The notes: generated by a model from the letters alone, not told the origin. Positions 49,461 to 60,064 are shown, counted from the first letter of the stretch. The stretch: 64,000 nt of DNA from Spirochaetia bacterium (GCA_965140585.1 OZ223269.1:96001-160000); one strand, 5' to 3'. Program-made: numbers and translations.

Positions 49461-50543
49461 ATGGCAAACAATTACAAGATTGCGGTGCTTCCCGGCGACG
49501 GTACAGGCCCGGAAGTAGTTGAACAGGGTGTAAAGGTTCTTAAGGCTGCTTCATCTAAATTCGGCTTTTCACTTGATTTGAAGGAATTCGACTGGGGCGG
49601 GGACAGGTACCTCAAAACCGGAAATGTTCTTCCTGATGATGCTGCCGAGCAGCTTAAGGGATTTGATTCAATTTACCTCGGTGCTATCGGGCATCCTGAT
49701 GTAAAGCCGGGTATTCTTGAGAAGGGTATTCTTCTTAAACTCAGATTCGACCTCGATCAGTATATCAATCTCAGACCTGTAAAGCTTTATCCCGGTGTTG
49801 AAACACCGCTTAAAGATAAGGGTCCCAAGGAAATCGACTACGTAGTTGTCCGTGAAAACACCGGAGGTATCTACACCGGAACAGGCGGATTCTCAATGAA
49901 AGGGACTGCCCATGAAGTTGCAACACAGAGCATGGTTTACAGCAGACACCAGGTTGAAAGATGTCTCAGGTATGCCTTTGAATATGCAAGAAACCACGGA
50001 AAGAAAGCCCGGGGCGTAGGTGAAAACAATACACTCGGTCTTGTCGGAAAAACCAATGTTTTGACATATGTATTCGACCTCTGGGAAAGAGCTTTCCATG
50101 AAATCGGTGAGGCAGAATTTCCGGATGTCAAGAGAGAGTACTACCACGTAGATGCTACATGTATGTGGATGGTTAAGAGCCCGGAATGGTTTGATGTTCT
50201 TGTAACCAGCAATATGTTCGGCGATATCATTACTGACCTTGGCGCAATAACACAGGGCGGGATGGGCGTTGCAGCCGGCGGTAACATCAATCCTGAAGGC
50301 GTTTCAATGTTCGAACCAATCGGCGGTTCAGCACCCAAGTACACCGGACAGGGAATCATCAACCCGCTTGCTTCCATAGTTGCAGGTTCTATGATGCTTC
50401 AGACTCTCGGTGAGCAGGAAGCTGCTGACAAGATTGAGAAGGCTGTTATGACAGCAACAGGTTCAAAACTTAAGAGCCTTTCAGCCGGTAAAATGGGTTA
50501 CTCAACCAGTGAGGTTGGTGATCTCATCGTTGACCTTCTTTAA
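49461..50543 (+). CDS. leuB: 3-isopropylmalate dehydrogenase
   Basis: PGDGTGPEV, NLRPV, VRENTGG, NMFGDIITD, FEPIGGSAP. Confidence 0.88.
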   Translation: MANNYKIAVLPGDGTGPEVVEQGVKVLKAASSKFGFSLDLKEFDWGGDRYLKTGNVLPDDAAEQLKGFDSIYLGAIGHPDVKPGILEKGILLKLRFDLDQYINLRPVKLYPGVETPLKDKGPKEIDYVVVRENTGGIYTGTGGFSMKGTAHEVATQSMVYSRHQVERCLRYAFEYARNHGKKARGVGENNTLGLVGKTNVLTYVFDLWERAFHEIGEAEFPDVKREYYHVDATCMWMVKSPEWFDVLVTSNMFGDIITDLGAITQGGMGVAAGGNINPEGVSMFEPIGGSAPKYTGQGIINPLASIVAGSMMLQTLGEQEAADKIEKAVMTATGSKLKSLSAGKMGYSTSEVGDLIVDLL

Positions 50544-50563
50544 TTTTAACAAAAGAGATTCAG

Positions 50564-50601
50564 GAGGCTGGCCGGGTATACCCAGTCAGCCTCTTTTTTT
50601 T
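50564..50601 (+). terminator. Intrinsic terminator after leuB
   Basis: GAGGCTGGCCGGG-TATA-CCCAGTCAGCCTC followed by a T-tract. Confidence 0.85.
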
Positions 50602-50711
50602 ACATAAATTAATTTCCGGTTTCCCTGGTTTCAGGACTCTGTCATCATTCTGATATCAGAGATGACTATATTGCCTGCTGAAATTAAAAAGTGTAATATT
50701 CAAATACAAAA

Positions 50712-50835
50712 CTTTGAGGTATTCCTGAATGGAATGCTCTCACAAATCGGCCATACGGGATTTTCCGGGGGTTTAATTCATCAGGAGGATACAGTTAAAA
50801 CATACTAGTTAATTCGAACTATGTTTTCTGTATTT
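50712..50835 (+). ncRNA. Structured cis-regulatory leader, ldcC-motif-like, with downstream hairpin
   Basis: Stem GAG-GTATTCC/GGAATGC-(T)CTC with loop TGAAT complementary to downstream ATTCA (possible pseudoknot), then an ATACAG..AAAACATA/TATGTTTT..CTGTAT hairpin. Lies upstream of a polyamine-pathway-like gene. Confidence 0.55.
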
Positions 50836-50945
50836 ACCGGTTAAACTTTAGAGTCCCAGTAATTTCAATACTTCAAATCAAAATAAAATACAGATTTTCA
50901 GAATACATAGTTCATCACTGACAACAAATTACTAAGGAGTCAAAG

Positions 50946-52166
50946 ATGAAAAAACTATTAATACTCGGAACAGGTGCTCAGGGAAGTACCGTAGCAAAGA
51001 GGATGGATGAAGAGCCTGCAGTAGGTGAAATAATATGTGCCGATTACGATCTGCATGCTGTCAATGATCTGGTTGCAGGCCTGAAGAAGGGAAAGCCGCT
51101 TCAGATTGATGCTTCGAAAAAAGAAAATATTATAGAAGCTGCAAGGGGAGTGGATCTTCTTGTCAATGCACTGCCGATGGCGTTCGGCCGTATTGTCCTT
51201 GAGGCGGCTCTGGAAGCAGAGGTAAACTACCAGGATTTTGCAGCTGCCGATACCCCTGACATCGACTGGGTTGAAGGCATCAGGCAGATGCTCAGTGAAA
51301 CCTCTGATAAGTTCAGGTCTGTAGGTAAAACCGCACTTATAAGCACAGGCTCGGCGCCCGGAATCATCTGTGTCGCCGCCAGAGATGCAGTAAGGGAGCT
51401 GGACAGCTGTGAGACAATCAATATGTATGTGTGGGAAGGCGTCAAATCAAAAAGATTTCTGCCTTTCTGGTGGTCTCCGGTTGTTGCCTATGCTGACATG
51501 TCAGATGATGCTTTTCCCTGCATAGACGGTGAAATAACTGCCGCAGCACCCTTCAGCATGTATGAATACAAGAAATTCCGGGGAATGGACCGCGAAATCA
51601 TGCATGTTGAACATGCCCATGATGAGACAGTCCTTATGGGAATTAACTCGGGAAAATACTTCAAAGGGGTTAAAAACGTATACTTTAAATACGGTGGCTA
51701 CGGTATCGATTTTGCCGAACCCCTGTACAAGATGGGACTGCTTTCCGAAAAACCAGTCGAGGTTGACGGTCAGATGGTAATTCCCCGGAATCTGCTGTTG
51801 AAAATGACCCCTCCTGCACCCAAGTATCATGATGAAATCAAGGCTATTTTGGATGAAGGGCTGATCGATGATTCCGGAGCTATGCTCATTGAAGCAATCG
51901 GAATGAAAGACGGTAAAAAAGTCATGGTTGAAAGTTATGTTAATTCACTGGGCTGTGCAGACGCTTTTGAAAAATCCGGACTGACCGGAGAAACCTATTT
52001 TACCGGTCAGGGCGGTGCACTTTTTACGAAGCTTTTTGTAAATGATAAAATTTATCAGAAGGGCCTGATTTCATCAGATATGATGGAATATGACCAAGTT
52101 GATTATTATCTTTCTGAAGCCGCTAAACTTGATATAACAATCGATAAACAGGTAATAGAGCTTTAA
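50946..52166 (+). CDS. Saccharopine dehydrogenase-family oxidoreductase (carboxy(nor)spermidine dehydrogenase-like)
   Basis: GTGAQG Rossmann motif, GSAPG, HDE and YFTG motifs. Confidence 0.8.
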   Translation: MKKLLILGTGAQGSTVAKRMDEEPAVGEIICADYDLHAVNDLVAGLKKGKPLQIDASKKENIIEAARGVDLLVNALPMAFGRIVLEAALEAEVNYQDFAAADTPDIDWVEGIRQMLSETSDKFRSVGKTALISTGSAPGIICVAARDAVRELDSCETINMYVWEGVKSKRFLPFWWSPVVAYADMSDDAFPCIDGEITAAAPFSMYEYKKFRGMDREIMHVEHAHDETVLMGINSGKYFKGVKNVYFKYGGYGIDFAEPLYKMGLLSEKPVEVDGQMVIPRNLLLKMTPPAPKYHDEIKAILDEGLIDDSGAMLIEAIGMKDGKKVMVESYVNSLGCADAFEKSGLTGETYFTGQGGALFTKLFVNDKIYQKGLISSDMMEYDQVDYYLSEAAKLDITIDKQVIEL

Positions 52167-52185
52167 CCGGAATATTGGCATTGAA

Positions 52186-52214
52186 TTGACACTAAGTATT
52201 TATGTTCATATAAT
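52186..52214 (+). promoter_or_regulatory. Consensus sigma70 promoter (leaderless arrangement)
   Basis: TTGACA-17 bp-TATAAT ending 7 nt before ATG 52222. Confidence 0.75.
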
Positions 52215-52221
52215 TCAGTGA

Positions 52222-53979
52222 ATGCCTGCAAGAAAAACTATCAGCATGGAGCGAAACTCCATGCTTTTGTTCAGATTTACCCTGGTTCTTCTCGTTATCA
52301 ATGTACTTGCTTTCTCTGCAATCGGTTTCTCTTTTTTCAGGAACCTGCGTGTTGAGAAAGCCTCAGCTCAGCTTTATAAGGATATTAACAGCCTTGTTGT
52401 GCAAGTGATGTCTGATAAGGCTGATCGTTCAGCCGGCGCAGAATATAAGTACAGGCAGATTTTGGAAGATCTTAAAAAAAACCGCTGGATTTTAAGGCTG
52501 AAAACTCTTTTCCCCGCACCGGAATATCAAAACACTGATGAAAACGAAGAATACAGGGCTGTTATCAGAGAATATGCAACTGCGGCCCGAACTCTTATAA
52601 ATAAAATCACCAGGCGCTCCTACTATATAATAAGTCTTATGATTTTTATATCATGTATCGCCTCTGCCGGTATTCTTGCAAACATGATCAGATGGCGCCG
52701 GCATCAGCTTGTTTTTACACGTGAACTTCATTCCGGATTCAACCGGCTTGAGATGATTCTTAAATACCAGAATCCGCCTTGCATGGATAAGGTTGAATAC
52801 AGGATTAATGAAATTGATGAGCTGAATGCGGTTATAGAACGTATAAGTTCCGATGAATACTATAACAGGGAAGTTCGTGAGGCTACGGTCTCCGGTAACC
52901 TGAATAACTTTCTCGATGATGTATTTGAAAAGCTTGGAAAGCGGATGAGCTGTGACAGGGTTGCTATTGCATTTCTTGATTCTTCAGAGAATCTGATAGC
53001 TGAAACTGCAGTTGCGTCTTATACTAGGATGTCACTGGAACCGGGATTCCGGGAAAATATCAATGACTCATCTCTTCCTGATTTATTAAAAACCGGAAAA
53101 CCTCGGATTATAAATGACCTTCCGACATACGCCAGGGATAGAAAAATTTCAGAAGCAACTGCGAAAATTCTTCATGAGGGCATAAAATCAAGTATGACGA
53201 TTCCAATGTTTTTCGGCAAAAAGTGCCTGGGATTTTTCTTTGTTTCAAGTTTGAATTTAAATGCTTATAATGATGAAACTCTTAATTATACGGTCAGGCT
53301 TGTGAACCTCATAAAGCAGAATCTGTATATTGAATTCCTGCTTCAGGAAATCATTTCCGAAATTACCAATGCCTTTGTTACTCTGATGCATGAAAAAGAT
53401 AATGAAACATCAAATCACATAATCAGAATGTCAGAGTATTCCTATATGATAGCCAGATCTTATCATGAACATATAAAACCCCTGTCTCCCCGGTTTATGC
53501 GTGAGATTCGCTGGTTTTCACCGCTGCATGATATAGGAAAAGTCGGAATTCCCGATGCAATCCTTTTAAAGGAAGGGCCGCTGGATGATTCAGAGATGAC
53601 TGTGATGAAAAGCCATGTCAATATTGGCATGCGTGTAATGGATAAGATGAACAGCAATCTGCTTAATGTGGCCAGTTTTCCGCTTATGCAGACTGCTATC
53701 GAAATTATTTCCGGTCATCATGAAAAATTTGACGGTTCCGGCTATCCTTTCGGCCTTGAAGGCCGGGATATTCCGCTTGCCGGAAGAATTGTTGCAATTG
53801 CCGATGTATTCGATGCCCTGACTTCAAAAAGACCATATAAGGCCGCCTTCAGCATCGAAAAGTCAGTCAGCATTATTGAAGAAGAAATGGGAGCTAACTT
53901 TGATCCTAACTTGATAGAAGCTTTCAAGCTCTGTATGCATGACATCAGACAGATCTATGAGAAGTTCAAGGAAGTCTGA
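52222..53979 (+). CDS. Membrane-bound GAF plus HD-GYP cyclic dinucleotide phosphodiesterase
   Basis: Two TM, GAF domain, LHDIGK, HHEKFDGSGYP, ADVFDALTSKRPYK. Confidence 0.9.
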   Translation: MPARKTISMERNSMLLFRFTLVLLVINVLAFSAIGFSFFRNLRVEKASAQLYKDINSLVVQVMSDKADRSAGAEYKYRQILEDLKKNRWILRLKTLFPAPEYQNTDENEEYRAVIREYATAARTLINKITRRSYYIISLMIFISCIASAGILANMIRWRRHQLVFTRELHSGFNRLEMILKYQNPPCMDKVEYRINEIDELNAVIERISSDEYYNREVREATVSGNLNNFLDDVFEKLGKRMSCDRVAIAFLDSSENLIAETAVASYTRMSLEPGFRENINDSSLPDLLKTGKPRIINDLPTYARDRKISEATAKILHEGIKSSMTIPMFFGKKCLGFFFVSSLNLNAYNDETLNYTVRLVNLIKQNLYIEFLLQEIISEITNAFVTLMHEKDNETSNHIIRMSEYSYMIARSYHEHIKPLSPRFMREIRWFSPLHDIGKVGIPDAILLKEGPLDDSEMTVMKSHVNIGMRVMDKMNSNLLNVASFPLMQTAIEIISGHHEKFDGSGYPFGLEGRDIPLAGRIVAIADVFDALTSKRPYKAAFSIEKSVSIIEEEMGANFDPNLIEAFKLCMHDIRQIYEKFKEV

Positions 53980-54665
53980 TGGATGATCGTGCGGGACGAA
54001 TTCTTGTACAGTCAGGACTGTTTTCCGGAATTACGCTTGATGTGCTCGATGATCTTTTTAAGAATATTCCGTTTAAAATCTGCCGCTATGATAACAACTC
54101 AATAATCCAGCTGCGCGGTGATCTTGTTGAAGATCTTCGAATAATTATGTCAGGGGAGCTTTCCGCGGAAATCCACGGTGCCGGCGGTAAAAATTTACTT
54201 GTTGAGACCCTTGGTCCCTCATCTGCAATAGCTTCCGGAATTCTATTTTCAGAAGATAATCGTCTGCCTGTAACCCTTGTTGCAAAAAGTGATGTTGAAA
54301 TTTTCTGCATCGGTAAAAAAGAGGTCATTGGACTCTGTCAGAGTTCGGCTGTTTTTATGCAGAATTTTCTTGCTGATATGGGAAGCCGAATCAGTTTTCT
54401 TGCAGAGAAGATCCGGCTGCTGCAGTTCAGTACTATAAGACAGAAAATATGCGGGTATATACTTGGACTGTCAGTAGAACGCGGGAAGGAGCTGGTTAAG
54501 CTGGGCTACAACCGTGAAAAACTCGCTGAACTGATGAGTGTCGCCAGGCCCAGTCTGTCACGCGAATTTTCAAATCTGGTTTCAAGGGGTATCATATCCG
54601 TAGAAGGCTCTGAGGTTAGAATACTGGACAGAGCTGCTATCGAAGAAATAATGGTCGAAGATTAG
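53979..54665 (+). CDS. Crp/Fnr-family regulator, probable HcpR
   Basis: cNMP-like domain plus HTH (LAELMSVARPSLSREF). Located near hcp. Confidence 0.82.
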   Translation: MDDRAGRILVQSGLFSGITLDVLDDLFKNIPFKICRYDNNSIIQLRGDLVEDLRIIMSGELSAEIHGAGGKNLLVETLGPSSAIASGILFSEDNRLPVTLVAKSDVEIFCIGKKEVIGLCQSSAVFMQNFLADMGSRISFLAEKIRLLQFSTIRQKICGYILGLSVERGKELVKLGYNREKLAELMSVARPSLSREFSNLVSRGIISVEGSEVRILDRAAIEEIMVED

Positions 54666-55129
54666 TGGAAGAGTTAAAAGTCGTTTATACCGATGTAGTA
54701 AATCCGGATTTTATAAATTTATGCCGTCTGCTTGATTCAGATCTTGATGAACTGGTCGGAGGACATGTTCAGCGTGAGCAGTATGTACAATACAATCAGC
54801 TTGATGATATCCATGATGTTATAGTTATTTACGCTGATGATACTCCTTCAGCCTGCGGTGCATTCAAGCAATATGATGAGGTTTCTGCAGAGATTAAAAG
54901 AGTGTATGTTAAACCCGGGCAAAGGGGTCGAGGATTAGCGGTTCGTCTGATGTCGGAGCTTGAGCAGAAAGCGGCTTTAAAGGGTTATACCCGCCTGATT
55001 CTTGAGACAGGAGCACCGCTTAAAGCTGCGATGAAGCTGTATCTGAGGCTTGGGTATTCTGTAATTGAAAACTACGGTCAGTACCGGGATATGCCGGAAT
55101 CTATCTGTATGGCTAAAAACATCCAATGA
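54665..55129 (+). CDS. GNAT N-acetyltransferase
   Basis: AEIKRVYV, QRGRGLA, ILETG. Confidence 0.88.
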   Translation: MEELKVVYTDVVNPDFINLCRLLDSDLDELVGGHVQREQYVQYNQLDDIHDVIVIYADDTPSACGAFKQYDEVSAEIKRVYVKPGQRGRGLAVRLMSELEQKAALKGYTRLILETGAPLKAAMKLYLRLGYSVIENYGQYRDMPESICMAKNIQ

Positions 55130-55201
55130 ATTAAATGCTGCTGATAAAAAAACCCCAAGGCCTGAACCCCGGGGGATAATATCTGCTGTAAGTATGACTG
55201 C

Positions 55202-56830
55202 TTATGCTCCCATAAACATCTTTATATCATCCTCAACTTCACCTATTCCGGCAATACCGAAATTCTCAATAAGAACATTAGCCACATTCGGGCTGAGGAA
55301 GGCGGGGAGAGTCGGGCCGAGATGAATGTTTTTAACACCAAGGTAGAGAAGAGCCAGAAGCACTATTACAGCCTTCTGCTCATACCAGGCAATGTTGTAG
55401 GAGATAGGCAGGTCATTGATGTCGTTAAGTTCAAACACTTCTTTAAGCTTAAGCGCAATCACCGCCAGTGAGTAGGAATCGTTGCACTGTCCTGCATCCA
55501 GAACCCTTGGTATTCCGCCGATATCTCCGAGTGCGAGTTTATTGTACCGGTACTTTGCGCAGCCGGCTGTAAGTATAACAGTATCCTGCGGAAGCTGCTG
55601 TGCAAAATCGGAGTAGTAGTCGCGGCTCTTCATCCGGCCGTCGCAACCAGCCATTACAAAAAACTGCTTTATTGCCCCGCTTTTTACTGCATCTACAACC
55701 TTGTCTGCAAGCGCCAGTACCTGCGCGTGTGCGAATCCGCCTACAATCTCACCCTCTTCAATCTGAACGGGAGCCTGACATTTTTTCGCATGCTCAATCA
55801 CTGCCGAGAAGTCCTTCTCTCCGGCCTTACCTTTAATATGCTTTACGCCTTCAAAGCCTGCTGCTCCGGTGGTGTATACCCTGTCTTTATAGGAATCTTT
55901 AGGCGGTGTAATACAGTTTGTTGTAAAAATAATCGGGCCGTTGAAAGATTCAAACTCAGTATTCTGCTTCCACCATGCATTACCGTAATTGCCCACAAAG
56001 TGGCTGTATTTCTTGAAGGCCGGGTAGTAGTTTGCCGGAAGCATTTCACTGTGGGTGTATACATCTACTCCGGTCCCTTCGGTCTGAGCCAGAAGCTGTT
56101 CCATATCCTTCAGATCATGTCCTGAAATCAGGATTCCCGGGTTTGAACCGGTACCGATGTTGACCTTTGTGATTTCGGGATTACCGTATAACTCAGTGTT
56201 GGCCTTATCAAGCAGAGCCATCACATCTACACCATTCTTTCCGCATTCGAGAACCAGTGCAGTCAGTTCATCTGCACTCAGATTATCGTTTACAGTTGCA
56301 GCAAGCCCCTTGTAGAGGAAAGAAAATACAGAATCATTAAAATATCCCAGGTTTGCCGCATGCTCGGCATATGCAGCCATACCCTTGAGTCCGTAAACCA
56401 GCAGCTCACGAAGTGAACGTACATCCTCATTTTCTGTAGCCAATACTCCTACAGTTGCTGCTTTTATTTCGTATTCAGCCTCCGTTTTAGGGCTCCATAC
56501 TGCGCAATCGGGAAGGCTTCCATCAACTGTTACCCTTGACTTGAGGCTGTCCCTGATAGCAAGCGCTTCCTTCACGGCTTTTACGAACACAGCCTTGTCA
56601 AAATTGGCATTGGTTATTGTCTTAAAAAGGCTGTCGTACATGAATTTATCAGTTGCAGCATCGGTTACGCTGTTATCGCCTGCTTTCTCTGCATAGAAGG
56701 CAATTCCCTTAAGTGTAAAAATAAGCAGGTCCTGCATATTGGCAACATCGTCGCTCTTACCGCATACTCCCTTAACTGTACATCCGGTTCCTTTTGCGGC
56801 TTCCTGACACTGAAAACAAAACATCGACAT
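55202..56830 (-). CDS. hcp: Hybrid cluster protein (hydroxylamine/NO reductase)
   Basis: MFCFQCQE...[43 protein letters not shown]. Confidence 0.97.
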   Translation of the reverse strand: MSMFCFQCQEAAKGTGCTVKGVCGKSDDVANMQDLLIFTLKGIAFYAEKAGDNSVTDAATDKFMYDSLFKTITNANFDKAVFVKAVKEALAIRDSLKSRVTVDGSLPDCAVWSPKTEAEYEIKAATVGVLATENEDVRSLRELLVYGLKGMAAYAEHAANLGYFNDSVFSFLYKGLAATVNDNLSADELTALVLECGKNGVDVMALLDKANTELYGNPEITKVNIGTGSNPGILISGHDLKDMEQLLAQTEGTGVDVYTHSEMLPANYYPAFKKYSHFVGNYGNAWWKQNTEFESFNGPIIFTTNCITPPKDSYKDRVYTTGAAGFEGVKHIKGKAGEKDFSAVIEHAKKCQAPVQIEEGEIVGGFAHAQVLALADKVVDAVKSGAIKQFFVMAGCDGRMKSRDYYSDFAQQLPQDTVILTAGCAKYRYNKLALGDIGGIPRVLDAGQCNDSYSLAVIALKLKEVFELNDINDLPISYNIAWYEQKAVIVLLALLYLGVKNIHLGPTLPAFLSPNVANVLIENFGIAGIGEVEDDIKMFMGA

Positions 56831-56896
56831 ATAAAACTCCTTTGTTGTCTCTTAAAAAGTATACAGGTACTCTAATACCGGAATTGAGTTAATGCT

Positions 56897-56910
56897 GTAA
56901 CATATGTTAC
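56897..56910. promoter_or_regulatory. Candidate HcpR-type operator
   Basis: Perfect palindrome GTAACATATGTTAC about 70 bp upstream of hcp, matching the GTAAC-N4-GTTAC type of site associated with HcpR regulators. Confidence 0.7.
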
Positions 56911-56961
56911 GAAATTAAAAAATAATGGTCGAATTTTTCATAAAGTGGCATATTATAACTG

Positions 56962-57609
56962 ATGAAAAAGAAGCCTGTTTTTACTTTATTATCAGTTTGC
57001 TGCCTTCTTATGCAGTCCTGTCTGACTTTCGCAGGAGATGGAACAATGAATGTGCCCTATTATGTTCAGGGAAAGGATGCCTCCTGGGCTGATGAAAAGC
57101 TTGGGAATAAATCGGAGTTCACAATCAGAACTCACGGCTGCGCCCTTACTTCAATTGCGATGATAGCTTCATACCACACAAAGAAGAACTATAATCCGTC
57201 CAAAATGAATGACTGGCTTAAGGCTAATAACGGCTTTGATGATGCCTGGGAAGGCGGTAAATACGTCGGTGAGGTTCAGCTGCGCTGGCCGGCAATGACA
57301 GCTTTCGATGACGGCTGGGTTTATACCCGCTTTGACTGGAGCGCGCTTCCGGCAGATCTTGTCCTGATCGAATACTATCTTGATAAGAGAATCCCGGTTA
57401 TTGCCGAAGTTCTCTACAAGGGGGCGCCTCATTATGTAGTTCTTACAGGATATGGAGAGAACGGGTTTGAAATGAATGATCCTGAATTTCCTGATGAACA
57501 TATATTTAATAATCAGTATAATATCTCAGACAAATGGGGTTCCGGGCCGGCAAGAAACATCTACGGTATACGAATCCTTTACCCGGGAGATTTAAATGGC
57601 AAAGGTTAA
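56962..57609 (+). CDS. Exported C39-like (papain-fold) peptidase, possible lipoprotein
   Basis: Signal peptide with LMQSC, then YYVQ, HGCALTS, PHYVVLTG and NDP (Gln/Cys/His/Asp arrangement). Confidence 0.75.
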   Translation: MKKKPVFTLLSVCCLLMQSCLTFAGDGTMNVPYYVQGKDASWADEKLGNKSEFTIRTHGCALTSIAMIASYHTKKNYNPSKMNDWLKANNGFDDAWEGGKYVGEVQLRWPAMTAFDDGWVYTRFDWSALPADLVLIEYYLDKRIPVIAEVLYKGAPHYVVLTGYGENGFEMNDPEFPDEHIFNNQYNISDKWGSGPARNIYGIRILYPGDLNGKG

Positions 57610-57841
57610 ACTGATTGCGGACCTGAATAATGCTACAGAGGCTGAGCTGGTCGCAAATATACTTAAAACTGAAGAAATACCCTATAATATAAAAAGCAAC
57701 GAAACAACAGCCTATGACGGGCTTTTTACTCTTGAACACGGCTGGGGTAGTATTGAGGCGCCCGAAGAGTATGAGACTCAGATACTTCAGATTCTGGCTG
57801 ATTTCAGGGAAGGGCAGTTCGAAGAGGATGGAAGTGAATAG
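57596..57841 (+). CDS. DUF2007-like small protein
   Basis: EAELVANILKTEEIPY...AYDGLF...WGSIEAPEE. Overlaps the upstream stop. Confidence 0.7.
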   Translation: MAKVKLIADLNNATEAELVANILKTEEIPYNIKSNETTAYDGLFTLEHGWGSIEAPEEYETQILQILADFREGQFEEDGSE

Positions 57842-57972
57842 TAGCCGCGATTCGTCGCATACATCCAGTTCTTCCAGATAATCATCAGCAGACTTCAATT
57901 GTTGCAGCAAAAACCGGATAAACATATAAAAAATTAATGTCTGATCACTTTAAATAGTACATAATTAAGTTA

Positions 57973-58974
57973 ATGAAAACTTTCGGAACGTATTTCCATC
58001 CTGAAACCTGTATGACAATAAAACCGATGAACGAGATTGAATTCATTGGTCAGTCGCTTGATTATTATGAAGAGGTCCGGGCAGGGATAAGAAAAGAACT
58101 GAGGGTCCCAGAACTGCCTCTGAACCGGGTTGAGTTTGATGAGTTTAAGTCGGTTCATGGCAAAGAATATCTTGATGCAATCAAAGCCTTTGCAGGCGGT
58201 GATGAACAGGCCGATCTCACTATAAGCGCTGAATGTTTCAATCTGCCTCTTGCCCTTCCCGGTTTTGAATACGGTCTCGGCGGTCTTTATTCGGCAGTTG
58301 ATCTGATGAAAAGGGGAGTTCTGGACCGCGCATACTGTTTTACCCAGCCAAGTCATCATTCATTTCCATCCAGTGGGCATGGCTACTGTCTGCTGAATTC
58401 CATGGCAGCTGCGGCACTGTATGCGCAGAAATCCGGATTCAGGAAAATCCTTATCATTGACTGGGATTTTCATCATGGAGACGGAACCCAGACAATATTT
58501 GAGAATGACAGTTCGGTTTACATCATAGAGATTCACAGCGCAATAGACCTGTACATGAGTATGGTTAAATCAATAGAGCTCGGAACTACTGTCTATTCAT
58601 CCTCAGTAGGCCACTGCAGTATTCCGGTTCTCGATGAAAACTATACCGATGAGTTTTTTCATGATGAACTCGGGCTGAAGGGTGATGTCTTCAGGGCTGA
58701 GAATGTTATGATGCAGTTCCGTCTTGCACTTGAAAATCTTCCGTTCACACCGGATATGATCTTTGTCTTCGACGGACATGACGGACATACCCTTGACTGC
58801 GGGAAGTATGTGACCAAGTTTGAGTATGAGGATTTTGCCATGATGACAAGGGCTGTCATTGAAATTTCAAATAAATACAATGCTCCGGTTATTTCCCTGC
58901 CCGGAGGCGGATATGAGCTTGATATAACTGTAAACTCAGCGGCTGCTCATATGAGCGAGCTGTTTCTAAGCTGA
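57973..58974 (+). CDS. Histone deacetylase-superfamily (Zn-dependent) amidohydrolase
   Basis: PSHHS, GYCLLN, DWDFHHGDGTQ, GHDGH..D, GGGY. Confidence 0.88.
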   Translation: MKTFGTYFHPETCMTIKPMNEIEFIGQSLDYYEEVRAGIRKELRVPELPLNRVEFDEFKSVHGKEYLDAIKAFAGGDEQADLTISAECFNLPLALPGFEYGLGGLYSAVDLMKRGVLDRAYCFTQPSHHSFPSSGHGYCLLNSMAAAALYAQKSGFRKILIIDWDFHHGDGTQTIFENDSSVYIIEIHSAIDLYMSMVKSIELGTTVYSSSVGHCSIPVLDENYTDEFFHDELGLKGDVFRAENVMMQFRLALENLPFTPDMIFVFDGHDGHTLDCGKYVTKFEYEDFAMMTRAVIEISNKYNAPVISLPGGGYELDITVNSAAAHMSELFLS

Positions 58975-58976
58975 AA

Positions 58977-60044
58977 ATGACTGATAAAGAACTTTATAAA
59001 AAAATCAGAGGATGCATCTTTGGTGCTGTAATCGGTGACGCGATAGGTGAGAATTTCGGAGCAAGGGACAAAGATTATATTGAAACCGAACTCCAAAAGT
59101 CCGCCGTCATACGCTATACCGATGATTCGCTGATGAGTTTCGGCATATGTCAGCAGCTGATTGTGCATGGTGAGATCAGGGTTGAACAGCTTTCGGATAT
59201 CTTCATGTATGATCATCTTGCAAATCTCGATCGGGCATATGGGACAGGAGCCTATTTCCTTTTCAATATCCGAAAGGATACAGCGGGCGTGTCCTCAAAG
59301 AGGCTGAACCGCTTTGTCAGCGAGCTTCTCTACAAAAACAGCCGCGGTTCAATGGGCAACGGCGCCTGCATGCGTACCTCTCCAATCGGGCTGTGGTTCT
59401 GCGATAGACCCCGGCTTATAAAAAAGAATGCCGTAAAATCAGCCCGAACAACCCACATCCATCCGCTGGGCGTTGATTCAGCTGTAATTATGGCAAAGGC
59501 TGCAGCGCTTGCTTTAGATGCTGATAAAATCAGTAACGATGATTTCATAGCTGAACTGCTAAAAGTATCTTCAACTGGAGCGTTCAGGGGAGCGCTTAAA
59601 AAAATAAGAACACTGCTTAACATCGGGGCTGATTCGGACGAATGCATGAACTCCTTTCTTCGTAATGAGACGGCAGTTGAATCGCTTCCTTTTTCAATTC
59701 TAACTTTTTTAAGAAACAAGGATTCTTTTGAAGACTGCCTTTATGAAGCAGTTGGCGCAGGCGGAGATACTGATACAATTTCATCCATGGCATGCGCCCT
59801 GAGCGGTGCTTCTCTGGGAATAGAAGGAATTCCGGAGAGGCTTTTATCCGTGATTGAAAACTATGATTACATTGAAAAATTAATTGATTACTTTATACGG
59901 GCACGAAGCGAAGAGGATGTTAAACAGGATTTTCTTGATATGAAAGATGAAACTTTCCCGGGGGCTCTGCTTGAGGAGAATGATAAAGTGTCTTTCAAAA
60001 ATATTGATAAACTCCCCATTGTCAGGGCTATGAAGGAATTGTGA
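58977..60044 (+). CDS. ADP-ribosylglycohydrolase (DraG/ARH family)
   Basis: GAVIGDAIG, YTDDS, GNGACMR, TH, GGDTDT. Confidence 0.92.
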   Translation: MTDKELYKKIRGCIFGAVIGDAIGENFGARDKDYIETELQKSAVIRYTDDSLMSFGICQQLIVHGEIRVEQLSDIFMYDHLANLDRAYGTGAYFLFNIRKDTAGVSSKRLNRFVSELLYKNSRGSMGNGACMRTSPIGLWFCDRPRLIKKNAVKSARTTHIHPLGVDSAVIMAKAAALALDADKISNDDFIAELLKVSSTGAFRGALKKIRTLLNIGADSDECMNSFLRNETAVESLPFSILTFLRNKDSFEDCLYEAVGAGGDTDTISSMACALSGASLGIEGIPERLLSVIENYDYIEKLIDYFIRARSEEDVKQDFLDMKDETFPGALLEENDKVSFKNIDKLPIVRAMKEL

Positions 60045-60064
60045 TGAAAGGAGAATTATAAGCC

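Noticed and set aside
57936-57954. Second NrtR box upstream of the HDAC gene
   Set aside because: Spacing is GT-N6-AC with poor flanking symmetry, too weak to call.
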